In this document: piece by piece, positions 12,325-23,442 of the stretch
Layout of the letters: every line of letters begins with the position of its first letter
How positions within the stretch are numbered: position 1 is the stretch's first letter
Assembly: GCA_021780535.1 (NCBI GenBank)
Contig: JAJXYN010000009.1
Coordinates: 150,538 to 214,537 of the forward strand
Length of the DNA: 64,000 nt
Source: a bacterium
GTDB lineage: Bacteria > Patescibacteriota > Patescibacteriia > JAGPKW01
Reading direction: 5' to 3'
Notes under the pieces: generated by a model
What the model saw: the letters and a program-made list of their open reading frames with translations, nothing else
What the model was told of the DNA's origin: nothing
The model's database searches: none
Position numbers and translations under genes: made by a program

Positions 12325-14174
12325 GCTGCCTCACTAAAAATTTCTGTTTTTACTTCCTGTCTTTCTATATCTTTTTCTAAAATTAAATAAATAAAGTTGT
12401 TATATTTTATTGATCTTGTGATGCAATAACTATTTTTATTTATTTCGCTTTCCAGCAAATCTAGATTATTCTCCATAGCTTCTTTTGTTGTTTGTTCTTT
12501 AAATTCCAATATTTTAAAACCCTCTCCACCCAGAGATATTTCTATTTGTTTTATAATTTCTTCTTCTGTTGTTTTTCTAAATTTCCATTTTTTATTTTTT
12601 TGAACTTTTATATCAACTGTATTTTCTCTTCCTTTTTGTTGATTTTTATTGATTTTATTTATAACAAAATCATATGAAGGTTTTAAATACTCTTCACACA
12701 TCTCAATAAATGCATCTGCGTATATATCGTCTGTCTCTCTTTTAAAAACAGTATCTACTAAAGACTTTGCTATACCATAGCCATCAGACCTTGCACTATA
12801 ATGATTTGCGAATTTTACTCTTTCTTCTTTTTTTGTAAAAGTAAAAAATACTATAATCTTATATTTTCCTTCTTTGTTTTTTAATTTATATTGAAATATC
12901 TCTGAATTATTACCACCAAATAATATTTTATCAATTAGAGTATTTAATAATTCTTTAATTTCTATAGATGAGTGTTTTTTTGAAAAACTATTATAACAAA
13001 TACTTAACATTTCTATTACCTCCTCTATTTTGTCCTTTTCTTCTTGACTAAGCTCTTCTTTAAAATGTTCTTTTATAAAATTATCTGGGTTCAAGAATGG
13101 GTTCTTTTTTAAATCTATATCATTTATAATTTGTTTTAAATAATTTGATAGTTTATTTTTAATTTCATTTTTATTTATCTCCTTAGAAAATTCTACCGAT
13201 GTTTGAGATATAAAATCAACGCCCTCTAATTCATTGAAATCTATATCGACACCACTTTGTCTCATGGTTTTGTACACATTACCCCGAAATTCTATTTCGG
13301 CTTCATATTTTTTTAATAAGCTTTGTATTTTATATATATCTTTTTTTTCTACAGATTCAGAAAATTCTAATAATATATTTGCACCTTTTCTTAGAATATT
13401 TTTAACTATATTATTTATTTGTTCATCTTTTAATTCTATTTTTTTATCTTTAAATATGCTTTGTAATTCTTCTCTGATATTTTCTGCTCTATCTATTAAA
13501 TTTGAATATATTTCAAATATTTCATCTGCATTTTCTAGTTCGCCTAATTCTAATATTTTATCCCCAAATTGTTCCCCTAATTCGTCTAGAGATAAGAAGG
13601 TTTTAAATCTTAAATTTTTATTTACATTTAAATAATCTTTATTTTGATATTTTAAAAATTTTTTTAATTTAAAATAATCATTTGAAAAATAATTTTCTCT
13701 GCTTTTTTTAAAAAAATTTAGAAATTGAACTTGCGTTTCTATACTGTGCAACCTTAATTTTATACCAAGTTCTTTTTCGGCAAAAATAAAAATTCTCAGA
13801 TCATAAAGCTCTTTTATCTTTTCTTCTTTTATTTTCTTAACAACAACTTTATGATTTGTATGAAGATCTGAAAAGTATTTTTGTTTATACTTACTACTTA
13901 AATTTGGTATATAAGTATAGAAAATTGGTTCATTGTCTTTATATAAAATTAAAATATTATTGTTCACTAAAACCGGGAAATCATAATCAAATTTTTCTTG
14001 AAGTTCTTTATCTTCACAAAAAATTTTTGCATCTTTAATAAATTCTTTACTAAGTGGAATCTCTAAAAAATTTTGGAAATTTTCCATACTAAAATAAGAT
14101 GCTAATGATCCATAATTTAAATCATCAATATCATTATCAATGTTATCAATTTTTACTTTTGAGAATTTTTCCAT
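12321..14174 (-). CDS. Hypothetical protein (617 aa)
   Basis: Long open frame. No motif recognised confidently. Confidence 0.4.
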   Translation of the reverse strand: MEKFSKVKIDNIDNDIDDLNYGSLASYFSMENFQNFLEIPLSKEFIKDAKIFCEDKELQEKFDYDFPVLVNNNILILYKDNEPIFYTYIPNLSSKYKQKYFSDLHTNHKVVVKKIKEEKIKELYDLRIFIFAEKELGIKLRLHSIETQVQFLNFFKKSRENYFSNDYFKLKKFLKYQNKDYLNVNKNLRFKTFLSLDELGEQFGDKILELGELENADEIFEIYSNLIDRAENIREELQSIFKDKKIELKDEQINNIVKNILRKGANILLEFSESVEKKDIYKIQSLLKKYEAEIEFRGNVYKTMRQSGVDIDFNELEGVDFISQTSVEFSKEINKNEIKNKLSNYLKQIINDIDLKKNPFLNPDNFIKEHFKEELSQEEKDKIEEVIEMLSICYNSFSKKHSSIEIKELLNTLIDKILFGGNNSEIFQYKLKNKEGKYKIIVFFTFTKKEERVKFANHYSARSDGYGIAKSLVDTVFKRETDDIYADAFIEMCEEYLKPSYDFVINKINKNQQKGRENTVDIKVQKNKKWKFRKTTEEEIIKQIEISLGGEGFKILEFKEQTTKEAMENNLDLLESEINKNSYCITRSIKYNNFIYLILEKDIERQEVKTEIFSEAA

Positions 14175-14350
14175 ATTTATTTATATTATTCACATTCTAT
14201 CATAAAATCACAATCTTTTTAACTTATATACTTATCCACAGAAAAATTAATTAGAAATTAATAGGTACTCTGCTAGAATACATCTATTATAATTTTCATT
14301 AGGTGTCAGGCGTGCCAGACACCTACAAAAGAATAATTAAATTATTATTT

Positions 14351-16111
14351 ATGCTAACAAAAGCTATTGAAACTTTACAAAATTATTTTGGATATTCTGT
14401 TTTTCGTCCCGGGCAAACTGAGGTTGTTCTTAGTATTTTAGAGAAAAAAAATACTATTGCTATTATGCCTACTGGTGCTGGTAAGTCTATTTGCTATCAA
14501 ATTCCAGCTCTATGCTTTGATGGTGTTACTATTGTTATATCTCCTCTTATTGCTCTAATGAAAGATCAAGTTGATACTTTAATATCTAAAAATATCCCTG
14601 CTACTTTTATCAATAGTTCATTATCTCTTGAGGAAGTTGTTTGTAGAATTGAGGGTATTAAAAGTGGACTTTATAAGATTATTTATGTTGCCCCAGAAAG
14701 ACTTACTAATCCTTATTTTATAAACGACTTGAAACAATGTAATATTTCTATGATAGCCGTGGATGAAGCTCATTGTATTTCACAATGGGGACATGATTTT
14801 CGCCCTTCTTATACTAAAATTAAATCTTCTATTGATAAAATTGCTGAAGGAAAAGAAATGCCTGTTATCGTAGCTCTTACTGCCACTGCCACTATTGAAG
14901 TTAAAGAAGATATTATTAAACAATTACAAGTAACGGATCCTAATATTTTTGTTTCTGGTTTTAAAAGAGATAATCTTGAAATTATTTGCGTGAATACAAA
15001 GAATGACACTGATAAAATCACTAAAATTATAAATATTTCAAAAAAAATATCTGGCCCAAAACTTATTTATGCAACAACCAGAAAAAGTGTTGAGGATATT
15101 TTTGAAAATTTAATTACAAGTGGTATTCCAACTTTACAATATCACGCTGGAATGACACCAGAAGAAAGAAAAGTTGCTCAAGATGTTTTTCTTAGTGGTA
15201 GATGTAATTGTATGGTATCTACTAATGCTTTTGGTATGGGTATTGATAAATCCGATATTAGATTAATAATACATTGTAACATGCCTGGATCTATTGAGGC
15301 TTATTATCAAGAAATTGGACGTGCTGGTCGTGATGGTAAAAAAAGCTCTTGTGTTCTTCTTTATGGGACATACGACAGATATACACATGAATTTTTTATT
15401 AATAACGAAAACCCTTCAAAAAAAAATATTGAGGAAGTATATTTTGTCTTGCTTAATAAATCTATGGCTGATAATAAAGATGAAGTATCTATCACTACAA
15501 GTGAAATAATGTGTGGTGTTAGTGAGAGTATAAGCGATATGGCGCTATCATCATGTCTTAAAGAACTTGAAAAACATGAATTAATAAAAAGATTGGGTGA
15601 TGCAAATAGCGAAATAAAAATAAAAATACTTGATACTTTTGATAATCAAATAAAAAAAATTAGTTCTAGAGCAAAAACTCAACAAGAATTTCTTATTACA
15701 TTGAGGCGTGAATTTGAATTAGAAAATAAAGATCAAGAAATTGAATTTGAATTAGAAAAATTTGTAGAAAAAATTGGCATAACTAGAGATAATATTTTGA
15801 GAACTATTAATGTTTTGAACAAAGCTGGAATTATAGAATATACACCAGCTAAAAAAGGAAGACTTATTAAAATTCTTAAAAAAGAAATTATTCTTGGACT
15901 TAATGATGAAGATTTAGAAGATAAGAAAGAGAGAGCTTTAACAAAATTAAATGTTATGGAAGAGTATTGTTTATCAAGTGTTTGTCGTCATAAATTTATT
16001 CTTGGTTATTTTGGAGATAATTTAGAACATGTTGAAGATGATTGTTTTATGTGTGATAATTGTCTTAAAAAAAGAATAAAAAAAAATAGTGATAGTAAAT
16101 CTCCGTTTTAA
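14351..16111 (+). CDS. recQ: ATP-dependent DNA helicase RecQ
   Basis: FGYSVFRPGQ, the Walker A motif MPTGAGKSICYQ, DEAHCIS, the helicase C-terminal motifs, and a Cys-rich zinc-binding region. The ORF track starts at GTG 14303; the ATG at 14351 (MLTKAIETLQNYFG) fits RecQ N-termini better. Confidence 0.88.
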   Translation: MLTKAIETLQNYFGYSVFRPGQTEVVLSILEKKNTIAIMPTGAGKSICYQIPALCFDGVTIVISPLIALMKDQVDTLISKNIPATFINSSLSLEEVVCRIEGIKSGLYKIIYVAPERLTNPYFINDLKQCNISMIAVDEAHCISQWGHDFRPSYTKIKSSIDKIAEGKEMPVIVALTATATIEVKEDIIKQLQVTDPNIFVSGFKRDNLEIICVNTKNDTDKITKIINISKKISGPKLIYATTRKSVEDIFENLITSGIPTLQYHAGMTPEERKVAQDVFLSGRCNCMVSTNAFGMGIDKSDIRLIIHCNMPGSIEAYYQEIGRAGRDGKKSSCVLLYGTYDRYTHEFFINNENPSKKNIEEVYFVLLNKSMADNKDEVSITTSEIMCGVSESISDMALSSCLKELEKHELIKRLGDANSEIKIKILDTFDNQIKKISSRAKTQQEFLITLRREFELENKDQEIEFELEKFVEKIGITRDNILRTINVLNKAGIIEYTPAKKGRLIKILKKEIILGLNDEDLEDKKERALTKLNVMEEYCLSSVCRHKFILGYFGDNLEHVEDDCFMCDNCLKKRIKKNSDSKSPF

Positions 16112-16646
16112 TATTTTATTTTAATAACCATATTATTTATAAAATTATATATTATATTGTTTGATAAATAATATAATATAATTGCATATATCAAATCTAG
16201 ATAAACAACGCTTAACCATTGAAATATATACAATATTATTACAAAAGGATAACCTATTATTGCTAATGGATTTTTAAATATATTTTTGTTTGTATCATGA
16301 AATAAATTTTTTGCGTCTTGTTTACTTGGAAAACAATTTATTGCTGTTGATATTCCTAACCATATTAAAATTATTGCTAAATTTCTATTTTCAAAAAATA
16401 TATTTTTTGAAATTGTAAATAAAATTATTGATAATATTGTCCCAAAAATAAATGGTCCCGTTGATATTAATAATCCTTGTAAAAATCTTTTTGGCTTTTC
16501 ATGTTCTACATATCCTGATGGATTTCCAAATCTAAAATAACAAACTTTAAAAACTCTAACTCCGGTTAAGTGACAAAATATTTGATGACCTAATTCATGA
16601 AATATTACTCCAGGGAATGATAATAAATATATAATTTTCTTAACAT
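16108..16646 (-). CDS. Putative HExxH zinc metallopeptidase (small membrane protein); start disrupted
   Basis: Stop-to-stop frame of about 173 codons encoding ...FPGVIFHELGHQIFCHL... plus TM segments, but no in-frame ATG/GTG/TTG. The nearby ATG (16644-16646) is in another frame and reaches the HELGH frame only if one extra A is present in the aaaa run. Not in the ORF track for this reason. Confidence 0.4.
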
Positions 16647-16704
16647 TTTAATATTATTTAAAATACAATATAATTATCATATCATAAATTGTTTTATAAT
16701 AAAT

Positions 16705-17289
16705 ATGACAAAATTATTTTTAAAAAAATTAAATATTTTAAAACAACATGGAATTGAAAATAAAATTCCAAATATTTCTTATGAAATTGGAATGTTTTTA
16801 AATATGATTATTAAAAATAAAAATATTAAAAATGTCTTAGAGATTGGGACTGCAAATGGTTATTCTACTATATGGATGGCTGAAGCATTAAAAGCAACTG
16901 GTGGCATGATAACAACTTTTGAAATTTCTATCCCATCTTATAAAGAGGCTCAAGAAAACTTTAAGAAATTTAAATTAAATAAATATATTGATTCTATATT
17001 CGAAGATTTTTTAAAGGAGGATAAAATATTAAAAAATAAAAATATTAAAAAGTTTGATCTTATTTTTATTGATGGACAAAAAAATAAAACTTTAGATTTT
17101 TTTAATAAAGCTAAAAAATTATTAAAAGATGGTGGAATTATTATTGTTGATGATGTTATAAAATTTAAAAACAAAATGTCTGAATTTTATAAATATATTG
17201 AAAAGCAAAATAAATTTTATTATATTATTTTACCTATTGATATTGATGATGGAATTATGATGATAATAAATAAAAAATTGCATAAATAA
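16705..17289 (+). CDS. Class I SAM-dependent O-methyltransferase (family 3 / YrrM-like)
   Basis: VLEIGTANGYSTIWMAEAL (motif I) and DLIFIDGQK (post-I acidic motif) are typical of small caffeoyl-CoA-type O-methyltransferases. Confidence 0.6.
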   Translation: MTKLFLKKLNILKQHGIENKIPNISYEIGMFLNMIIKNKNIKNVLEIGTANGYSTIWMAEALKATGGMITTFEISIPSYKEAQENFKKFKLNKYIDSIFEDFLKEDKILKNKNIKKFDLIFIDGQKNKTLDFFNKAKKLLKDGGIIIVDDVIKFKNKMSEFYKYIEKQNKFYYIILPIDIDDGIMMIINKKLHK

Positions 17290-17317
17290 AAAATACGGAA
17301 AAATTATTCCGCAGTTT

Positions 17318-17605
17318 TTATTTATTTTGTTTTGCTAATTCTTGTATTTCTCTAATTTTCTCTTCATTTTTTTTTGCTATATAAAAAACAAATTCCCCGA
17401 ATTTATCTTCTTCTTGCAACATGTAATTACCTGTTTCGCAAGCTTCTGTTGGATTTTCTAGACATTCTTCTTGTGATGGTTTGAAATATGATTCATAAAC
17501 AAATCTTACATCTTCTGAAGATAAATTTAAAATCTCTGATGCTTTTTTATAAACTTCTTTTCTACTTATTTCACCGTCTTTATATTTTTTGTATATTGAT
17601 TCCAT
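17318..17605 (-). CDS. Hypothetical small protein (95 aa)
   Basis: Open frame only. Confidence 0.35.
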   Translation of the reverse strand: MESIYKKYKDGEISRKEVYKKASEILNLSSEDVRFVYESYFKPSQEECLENPTEACETGNYMLQEEDKFGEFVFYIAKKNEEKIREIQELAKQNK

Positions 17606-17679
17606 ATTAATTTAAGTTAAAATTTATTTTTCACACTTAGTGTCAAATAAATTAATCTGACATTTATGTTTAGTATATA

Positions 17680-20184
17680 TTATATTACGAAATTTATCAT
17701 CTTATTTTTTACAAATATTATTTTCTTAATATTTTGTCCTTCTAAATATGAAATTAATTTTGTATGATGCACATCTACATTGCCTACAGAATCAACTTTA
17801 ATTTGTAATGCTTCCAAAATATCATCTTGTGTTTTATCTTTATTTATTTTTATTATATCTCTCATTTTTCCATTTATAGAAACTACAAAATTAATATCTT
17901 CTTCTTGTATTAATTCTTCATTGTATTTTGGCCAAGTAGAGATATGTATTGATTGATTGTTTGGGTTTATATTATTCCAAATTTCTTCTGTAATATGAGG
18001 CGCAAATGGTGCAAGTAATTGTAAATAAGTTTTAAATAAATTTTTGCTTATTTTTTCTTTTGAAGAAATATGATTTAAAAGAATCATTAATTGAGCAAGG
18101 GCTGTGTGATATGATACATTCTCTATGTCTTCTCCTACTTTTTTAATTGTTTTATGCAATAATGTTATCGTTTCTTTATCGTCGTCATCGCTAGAGATTT
18201 CTTTATCTTGAAGTAACCAAACTCTGTTTATAAACCTATTTACACCATTTATAGCTGTTGTTGACCAAATTCCACCTTCACTATAAGGTCCCATAAACAT
18301 TATATAAGTTCTCATTGTATCTGCTCCATATTGTTCTATAACATCATCTGGATTAATAACATTACCCCATCTTTTACTCATTTTTCTTCCATCTTCTCCA
18401 GCTATAAGACCGTGCTGAACTCTTCTTTTATAAGGTTCAGAAACCGAAACAACTCCTGCATCATACAATACCTTATTCCAAAATCTTGAATAAAGTAGAT
18501 GAACTGTTGTATGCTCTGCCCCACCAAAATATATGTCAACTGGCATGAAATGTTTTAATTTTTCTTGAGATGCTAAAGCTTTATCATTTTTTGGGTCTAT
18601 ATACCTCAAAAAATACCATGAAGACCCTGCCCATTGTGGCATTGTATTTGTTTCACGCTTTGCTCCACAACCACATTTTGGACAAGTTGTATTTACCCAA
18701 GAATCTATTGCCGCAAGTGGAGAATCCCCAGTCCCAGTTGGTTCATAATTTTCAACTTCTGGCAATAATAGCGGTAATTCATTTTCTGGAACTGGAACGT
18801 TGCCACATTTTTCACAATGAACTATCGGAATAGGTTCACCCCAATATCTTTGTCTTGAAAATAACCAATCTCTGAATTTATAATTTATTTTTCTTTTACC
18901 AAATCCTTCTTTTTCTGCTTTTTCTAACATAATTCTTCTTGCTTGCTCTGATGTCAAACCATTAAATTCTTTTCCGGAATTACAAACTCTTCCATCATAG
19001 TTTCCAGCCGACATCTCACTTAATAATTTCTCATCTTCTGATAATTCAAAATAATTACTATCTATTGATCCAGTTTTTTTTGAAATAACGATTTTGCTTT
19101 TTAAATTATATTTTTTAGCAAACTCCATATCCCTTTCATCATGTGCTGGTACTGCCATTACAGCTCCTGTTCCATAAGAACCTAAAACATAATCAGCAAC
19201 CCATATTTCTAACTTTTCATTATTAAATGGGTTTATTGCAAATATTCCTTCAAGTTTTACTCCTGATTTATCTTTATTTAAATCTGTTCTTTCTAAATCT
19301 TTTTTATTTTTTGCTATTTCAATATATTTTTCTACTTCAGAAATATTTGTTATTGACGATTTTAGATTATCAATAATTTTATTTTCTGGAGCCAAAACAA
19401 CATATGTACAACCAAAAATAGTATCCAAACGTGTTGTAAATACTGTTATTTTTTCCGCCTTTGCCAAGGCTTCGGCGGACACGTTAAATTCTATTTCGAC
19501 ACCCTCTGATTTTCCTATCCAATTTTTCTGACTTGTTTTTATATATTCTGGCCAATTTACATCATCTAAATCTTTTATCAATCTTTCTGCGTATTCTGTA
19601 ATCTTAAGAAACCATTGTTTCATATTTCTTTGTTCTACGTTACTATCGCATCTTTCACATTTTCCATTTATAACTTCCTCATTTGCAAGGCCAGTCTTGC
19701 ATGATGGGCACCAATTAATAGGAGCTTCTTTTTCGTAAGCAAGCCCCATTTCAAATAATTTTAAAAATATCCATTGAGTCCATTTATAATATTTTGGATC
19801 TGTTGTGTCTATTGTTCTTGACCAATCAAAAGAACATCCGAATTTCTTAATTTGTTTTATAAAATTATTTATATTTTCTTGTGTAAATTCACTTGGATGT
19901 TTTTTGTTTTTTATTGCAAAGTTTTCTGCTGGTAATCCAAAAGCGTCAAAACCCATTGGAATTAAAACATTATAACCATTCATTCTTTTGTATCTAGCAT
20001 AAACATCTACTGCGTTATGCCCTTTTGCATGACCAACGTGCACACCTGTTCCAGATGGATAAGGAAATTCAACCAATGTATAAAATTTTTTCTTTGTTAA
20101 ATCGTCAGATGTTTTATATATTTCTTGTTTCTCCCACTCTTCTTGCCATTTTTTTTCTATTTTTTTATGATCGTATTTTTTCAT
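17680..20184 (-). CDS. leuS: Leucine--tRNA ligase
   Basis: HVGHAKGH (HIGH motif), the CP1 editing region, KMSKR (KMSKS), and an overall 834-aa bacterial LeuRS architecture. Confidence 0.93.
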   Translation of the reverse strand: MKKYDHKKIEKKWQEEWEKQEIYKTSDDLTKKKFYTLVEFPYPSGTGVHVGHAKGHNAVDVYARYKRMNGYNVLIPMGFDAFGLPAENFAIKNKKHPSEFTQENINNFIKQIKKFGCSFDWSRTIDTTDPKYYKWTQWIFLKLFEMGLAYEKEAPINWCPSCKTGLANEEVINGKCERCDSNVEQRNMKQWFLKITEYAERLIKDLDDVNWPEYIKTSQKNWIGKSEGVEIEFNVSAEALAKAEKITVFTTRLDTIFGCTYVVLAPENKIIDNLKSSITNISEVEKYIEIAKNKKDLERTDLNKDKSGVKLEGIFAINPFNNEKLEIWVADYVLGSYGTGAVMAVPAHDERDMEFAKKYNLKSKIVISKKTGSIDSNYFELSEDEKLLSEMSAGNYDGRVCNSGKEFNGLTSEQARRIMLEKAEKEGFGKRKINYKFRDWLFSRQRYWGEPIPIVHCEKCGNVPVPENELPLLLPEVENYEPTGTGDSPLAAIDSWVNTTCPKCGCGAKRETNTMPQWAGSSWYFLRYIDPKNDKALASQEKLKHFMPVDIYFGGAEHTTVHLLYSRFWNKVLYDAGVVSVSEPYKRRVQHGLIAGEDGRKMSKRWGNVINPDDVIEQYGADTMRTYIMFMGPYSEGGIWSTTAINGVNRFINRVWLLQDKEISSDDDDKETITLLHKTIKKVGEDIENVSYHTALAQLMILLNHISSKEKISKNLFKTYLQLLAPFAPHITEEIWNNINPNNQSIHISTWPKYNEELIQEEDINFVVSINGKMRDIIKINKDKTQDDILEALQIKVDSVGNVDVHHTKLISYLEGQNIKKIIFVKNKMINFVI

Positions 20185-20329
20185 ATTTTATTGTATTAAG
20201 CATTAGACCTAAATATAGTATTTTATTGTATTAAGGTTATCAAGTATTGCTTTTTTTTTCAAGAAAATGTTAAAAATTTAAAATATAAAAAACGCGATTT
20301 ACTGCGTTTTTATATTTTATATGTTTATT

Positions 20330-21298
20330 TTATCTGTTTGTAAATTCAACTAAATCTTGTAATTTTTGCCATTCTTGATTTACTGTTTGTTGGATTTCTT
20401 CAATTATTTTTTTAGAATTTTCATCTTTAAATAAATGCTTAAATCTGGCTTGTCTTTTTAAAAATTCCTCAACTGGTTTTGGTGTTGCTGGTTTATAATT
20501 TAATTTATATTTTCCATCTTCTACTTCATATAATGGCCAAAAATTAGTTTCCGTAGCAAGTTTTCCTATCTCCACACCATCGCCATCTTCAAATTGCCAA
20601 TTACTAATACATGGAGAATATACAAGTATTAATTTTGGTCCTTTTATAGAAAAAGCTTTTTCTGCTTTGTTATAAAGATCTACTAAATTATAAGCTGAAG
20701 CTTGTGCAACATATTTTATATTATGAGCTAATGCTATTTTAATAAGATCTTTTCTTTTTTCTTCTTTTCCTGCTAAATGAGCCTTCCCTGATGGTGCTGT
20801 TGAAGCTGCTGCTCCAAACGGAGTTGCAGAAGATCTTTGATTACCTGTATTCATATAAGCACCATTATCATAACAAACATAAAGAAAATCATGCCCTCTT
20901 TCTAATGCTCCTGATAAAGATTGTAATCCTATATCATAAGTTCCACCATCACCACCAAACGCAACAAACTTTATATCTTTCCCTTTTATTTTATCTTTTA
21001 ATTCAGAGTGAACATTATCTTTTTGAAGGTATCTATATGCTGACTCTAATCCTGTTGTTGTGGCTGCTGAATTTGCAAAAGCATTATGCATAAATGGAAC
21101 ACCCCAAGATGAATATGGATATATAGTTGAAGTAACTTCTAAACAACCTGTTGCTGATGTTGTTACAACATCTTTCCCAGCTGCTGCAAGCACCGTTCTA
21201 ATAATTGGAGGGAATGAACATCCAGCACACCATCTTCCGCCCTCCACAAGAGATTCTTGTTCTTTTATTTTTAATGCTAAATCTTTTGGAGTTATCAT
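20330..21298 (-). CDS. porB: 2-oxoacid (pyruvate-type):ferredoxin oxidoreductase, beta (TPP-binding) subunit
   Basis: CAGCSFPP and GDGG thiamine-diphosphate-binding motifs. Position is last in the four-gene por cluster. Confidence 0.8.
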   Translation of the reverse strand: MITPKDLALKIKEQESLVEGGRWCAGCSFPPIIRTVLAAAGKDVVTTSATGCLEVTSTIYPYSSWGVPFMHNAFANSAATTTGLESAYRYLQKDNVHSELKDKIKGKDIKFVAFGGDGGTYDIGLQSLSGALERGHDFLYVCYDNGAYMNTGNQRSSATPFGAAASTAPSGKAHLAGKEEKRKDLIKIALAHNIKYVAQASAYNLVDLYNKAEKAFSIKGPKLILVYSPCISNWQFEDGDGVEIGKLATETNFWPLYEVEDGKYKLNYKPATPKPVEEFLKRQARFKHLFKDENSKKIIEEIQQTVNQEWQKLQDLVEFTNR

Positions 21299-21313
21299 AT
21301 TTTTTTTATTATT

Positions 21314-22486
21314 TTATTTTCTTAATCCAATATATTCTGTTTTATTTTCTTTGACCTTTCCTTTTAAAAGACTTTCAAATACTTCTTCTATATCTTTTTG
21401 TATTATATCTCTTCCGCCAAGACCGAATACATATGATTGAATTTTTGGAATTTTATTTAATGAAGATACTGAAAGCTTAATATCTGTATATAATGGTGGC
21501 ATAGCACCTCTACTTAAAGCTCTATCTAATACTGCTATATTATTTAAATTAAAATGATTCAATGCTTTTGCAATAGCCTCATATGGAAATGGTCTATATA
21601 ATTTTATATTTAATAATCCAACTTTTTTACCTTCATTTCTCATTCTATCTATAACTTCTTTTGTTGTCCCAGATGTTGAGCTAGATACAATTATAGCAAC
21701 CTCTGCATCTTCTAGTTTATATTCTTCAAATAATTCATATTTTGTTCCTGTTAATTTTTCTAATTCTTTTCCTATTTTTAAATATTCTTCAAAAACACTC
21801 TCAATTGCTATAGTTCCTTGATATTGTGTTTCAAAATAATAATCTTGTAATTGAATTGGGCCAACTGTTTTTGGATAGTCAGTATTAATTAATGGATTAT
21901 TAGGTTTATATTCTCCTATAAATTTTTTAGCTGATACATCATCTAATATATCAACTCTTTCTACTGAATGAGATGTTATAAAACCATCTTGTAAAACCAT
22001 CACTGGCAAACTTACTTTTTCTGCTAATCTTATGGCAAGTAATGTATTTTCGTAAGCTTCTTGGGCTGTTTCGCAAAATAAATGAATCCAACCAAGATCT
22101 CTGCAATACATTGAATCTGCATGATCACAATGAATATTAATAGGAGCTCCCAATGCTCTATTTGTTACTGGCATAACTATTGGGAGTCTAAGTCCAGCAG
22201 TTGCTCCTACAACTTCCCACATATATGCTAAACCTTGAGAAGATGTAGCTGTCATTGCTCTAACTCCAGCTGCTTGCGCACCCATTACAATAGACATAGC
22301 TGAATGTTCCGATTCTGATCTAACCAATTCTGTATCTACTACTCCATTTGCGTAGTATTCTGAATATTTTTCTACTATTGGCGTTTGAGGCGTTATTGGA
22401 AATAACGCTACAACACCAGGATTTATTTGGCGCATCGCCTCAGCAACTGCATGTGCACCTGTTAATGCTAATGTTATTTTTGACAT
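21314..22486 (-). CDS. porA: 2-oxoacid:ferredoxin oxidoreductase, alpha subunit
   Basis: 390-aa protein with POR/KOR alpha-subunit domains. It sits directly upstream of the beta subunit. Confidence 0.8.
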   Translation of the reverse strand: MSKITLALTGAHAVAEAMRQINPGVVALFPITPQTPIVEKYSEYYANGVVDTELVRSESEHSAMSIVMGAQAAGVRAMTATSSQGLAYMWEVVGATAGLRLPIVMPVTNRALGAPINIHCDHADSMYCRDLGWIHLFCETAQEAYENTLLAIRLAEKVSLPVMVLQDGFITSHSVERVDILDDVSAKKFIGEYKPNNPLINTDYPKTVGPIQLQDYYFETQYQGTIAIESVFEEYLKIGKELEKLTGTKYELFEEYKLEDAEVAIIVSSSTSGTTKEVIDRMRNEGKKVGLLNIKLYRPFPYEAIAKALNHFNLNNIAVLDRALSRGAMPPLYTDIKLSVSSLNKIPKIQSYVFGLGGRDIIQKDIEEVFESLLKGKVKENKTEYIGLRK

Positions 22487-22501
22487 ATTAATTAATATAA
22501 T

Positions 22502-22801
22502 TTATTTATTATCTTCTTTTGTATCTGTTTCCATTTTTATACATTTTACTGGACAAACTTTTGAGCAAACAGAACAACCCTTACAATAATCCATATTGAT
22601 AGCACCTCTTTTTTTATCTTTTGTTATATCAATACATGATTCTGGGCAATTTATTACACACTGCGCACAGTGGATGCATTTTGATTCATCTATTACTGGT
22701 TTAAAAGTTCTCCAAGTTCCTGTTTTGAAATTTCTAGAAGATTTTGGAATATTTATTATTCCACCCTCTTCCATTTCGTGAGAAGTTTTTAATGTTGACA
22801 T
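22502..22801 (-). CDS. porD: 2-oxoacid:ferredoxin oxidoreductase, delta subunit (2x[4Fe-4S])
   Basis: Two CxxCxxCxxxCP motifs (CIHCAQCVINCP, CKGCSVCSKVCP) in a 99-aa protein between the gamma and alpha subunits. Confidence 0.8.
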   Translation of the reverse strand: MSTLKTSHEMEEGGIINIPKSSRNFKTGTWRTFKPVIDESKCIHCAQCVINCPESCIDITKDKKRGAINMDYCKGCSVCSKVCPVKCIKMETDTKEDNK

Positions 22802-22818
22802 ATTTTATTAATTAATTT

Positions 22819-23373
22819 TTAAACAAGAGATTTAAAGCCCATATCTATAGCTTTTTGATTAGCATCAACTATCTCTTGACCTTTTCTAGCAAACTTTTGA
22901 GCCATATCTTCTTTTAATGCTTCTATTGTTATAAGTTTTGTAAACCTACACAAAGCTCCGACTACTGGAGAACCTGGCTTGTTTGAACCTATTGTTTCTA
23001 GAGATATTCTTGTTGCTGGAATTACATATAATTCACCTTTATAATTTTTTAATAGTGACAATATGGATTCTTTTGTTTTTTCAGTATTAACTATCAATAT
23101 AGACGTGTTCACCATACCTTCGGTAACATTCCCCGATAATAATAATGTCTCATCTAATACTATAGATATATCTGGACTTGAAATTGGTTCATGTAATCTT
23201 ATTGGCTTATTATCAATTCTAACAAAAGCCCTAAGTGGAGCTCCTGCTCTTTCTGGACCATATTCTGGGAAAGCTTGCATGTAATTATCTAATCTTAATG
23301 ATGTTTCTGCTATTATTTGAGCAAGAGATTTGCCCCCTAACCCACCTCTTGCATGTATTCTGATTTGTAACAT
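22819..23373 (-). CDS. porG: 2-oxoacid:ferredoxin oxidoreductase, gamma subunit
   Basis: 184-aa protein with POR gamma-subunit features. It is first in the cluster. Confidence 0.72.
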   Translation of the reverse strand: MLQIRIHARGGLGGKSLAQIIAETSLRLDNYMQAFPEYGPERAGAPLRAFVRIDNKPIRLHEPISSPDISIVLDETLLLSGNVTEGMVNTSILIVNTEKTKESILSLLKNYKGELYVIPATRISLETIGSNKPGSPVVGALCRFTKLITIEALKEDMAQKFARKGQEIVDANQKAIDMGFKSLV

Positions 23374-23442
23374 TTTATTTTTAATTATTATTTAATAAAT
23401 CAAAAGTGTCGCTAATTAAGCGACACCCACAGCAACCAAAAA

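Noticed and set aside
14300-14325. GC-rich near-palindrome ggtgtcaggcgtgccagacacc at the annotated GTG start of recQ
   Set aside because: Short 6-bp stem only. Most likely the upstream GTG start is wrong and this is 5' UTR. No further evidence of function.
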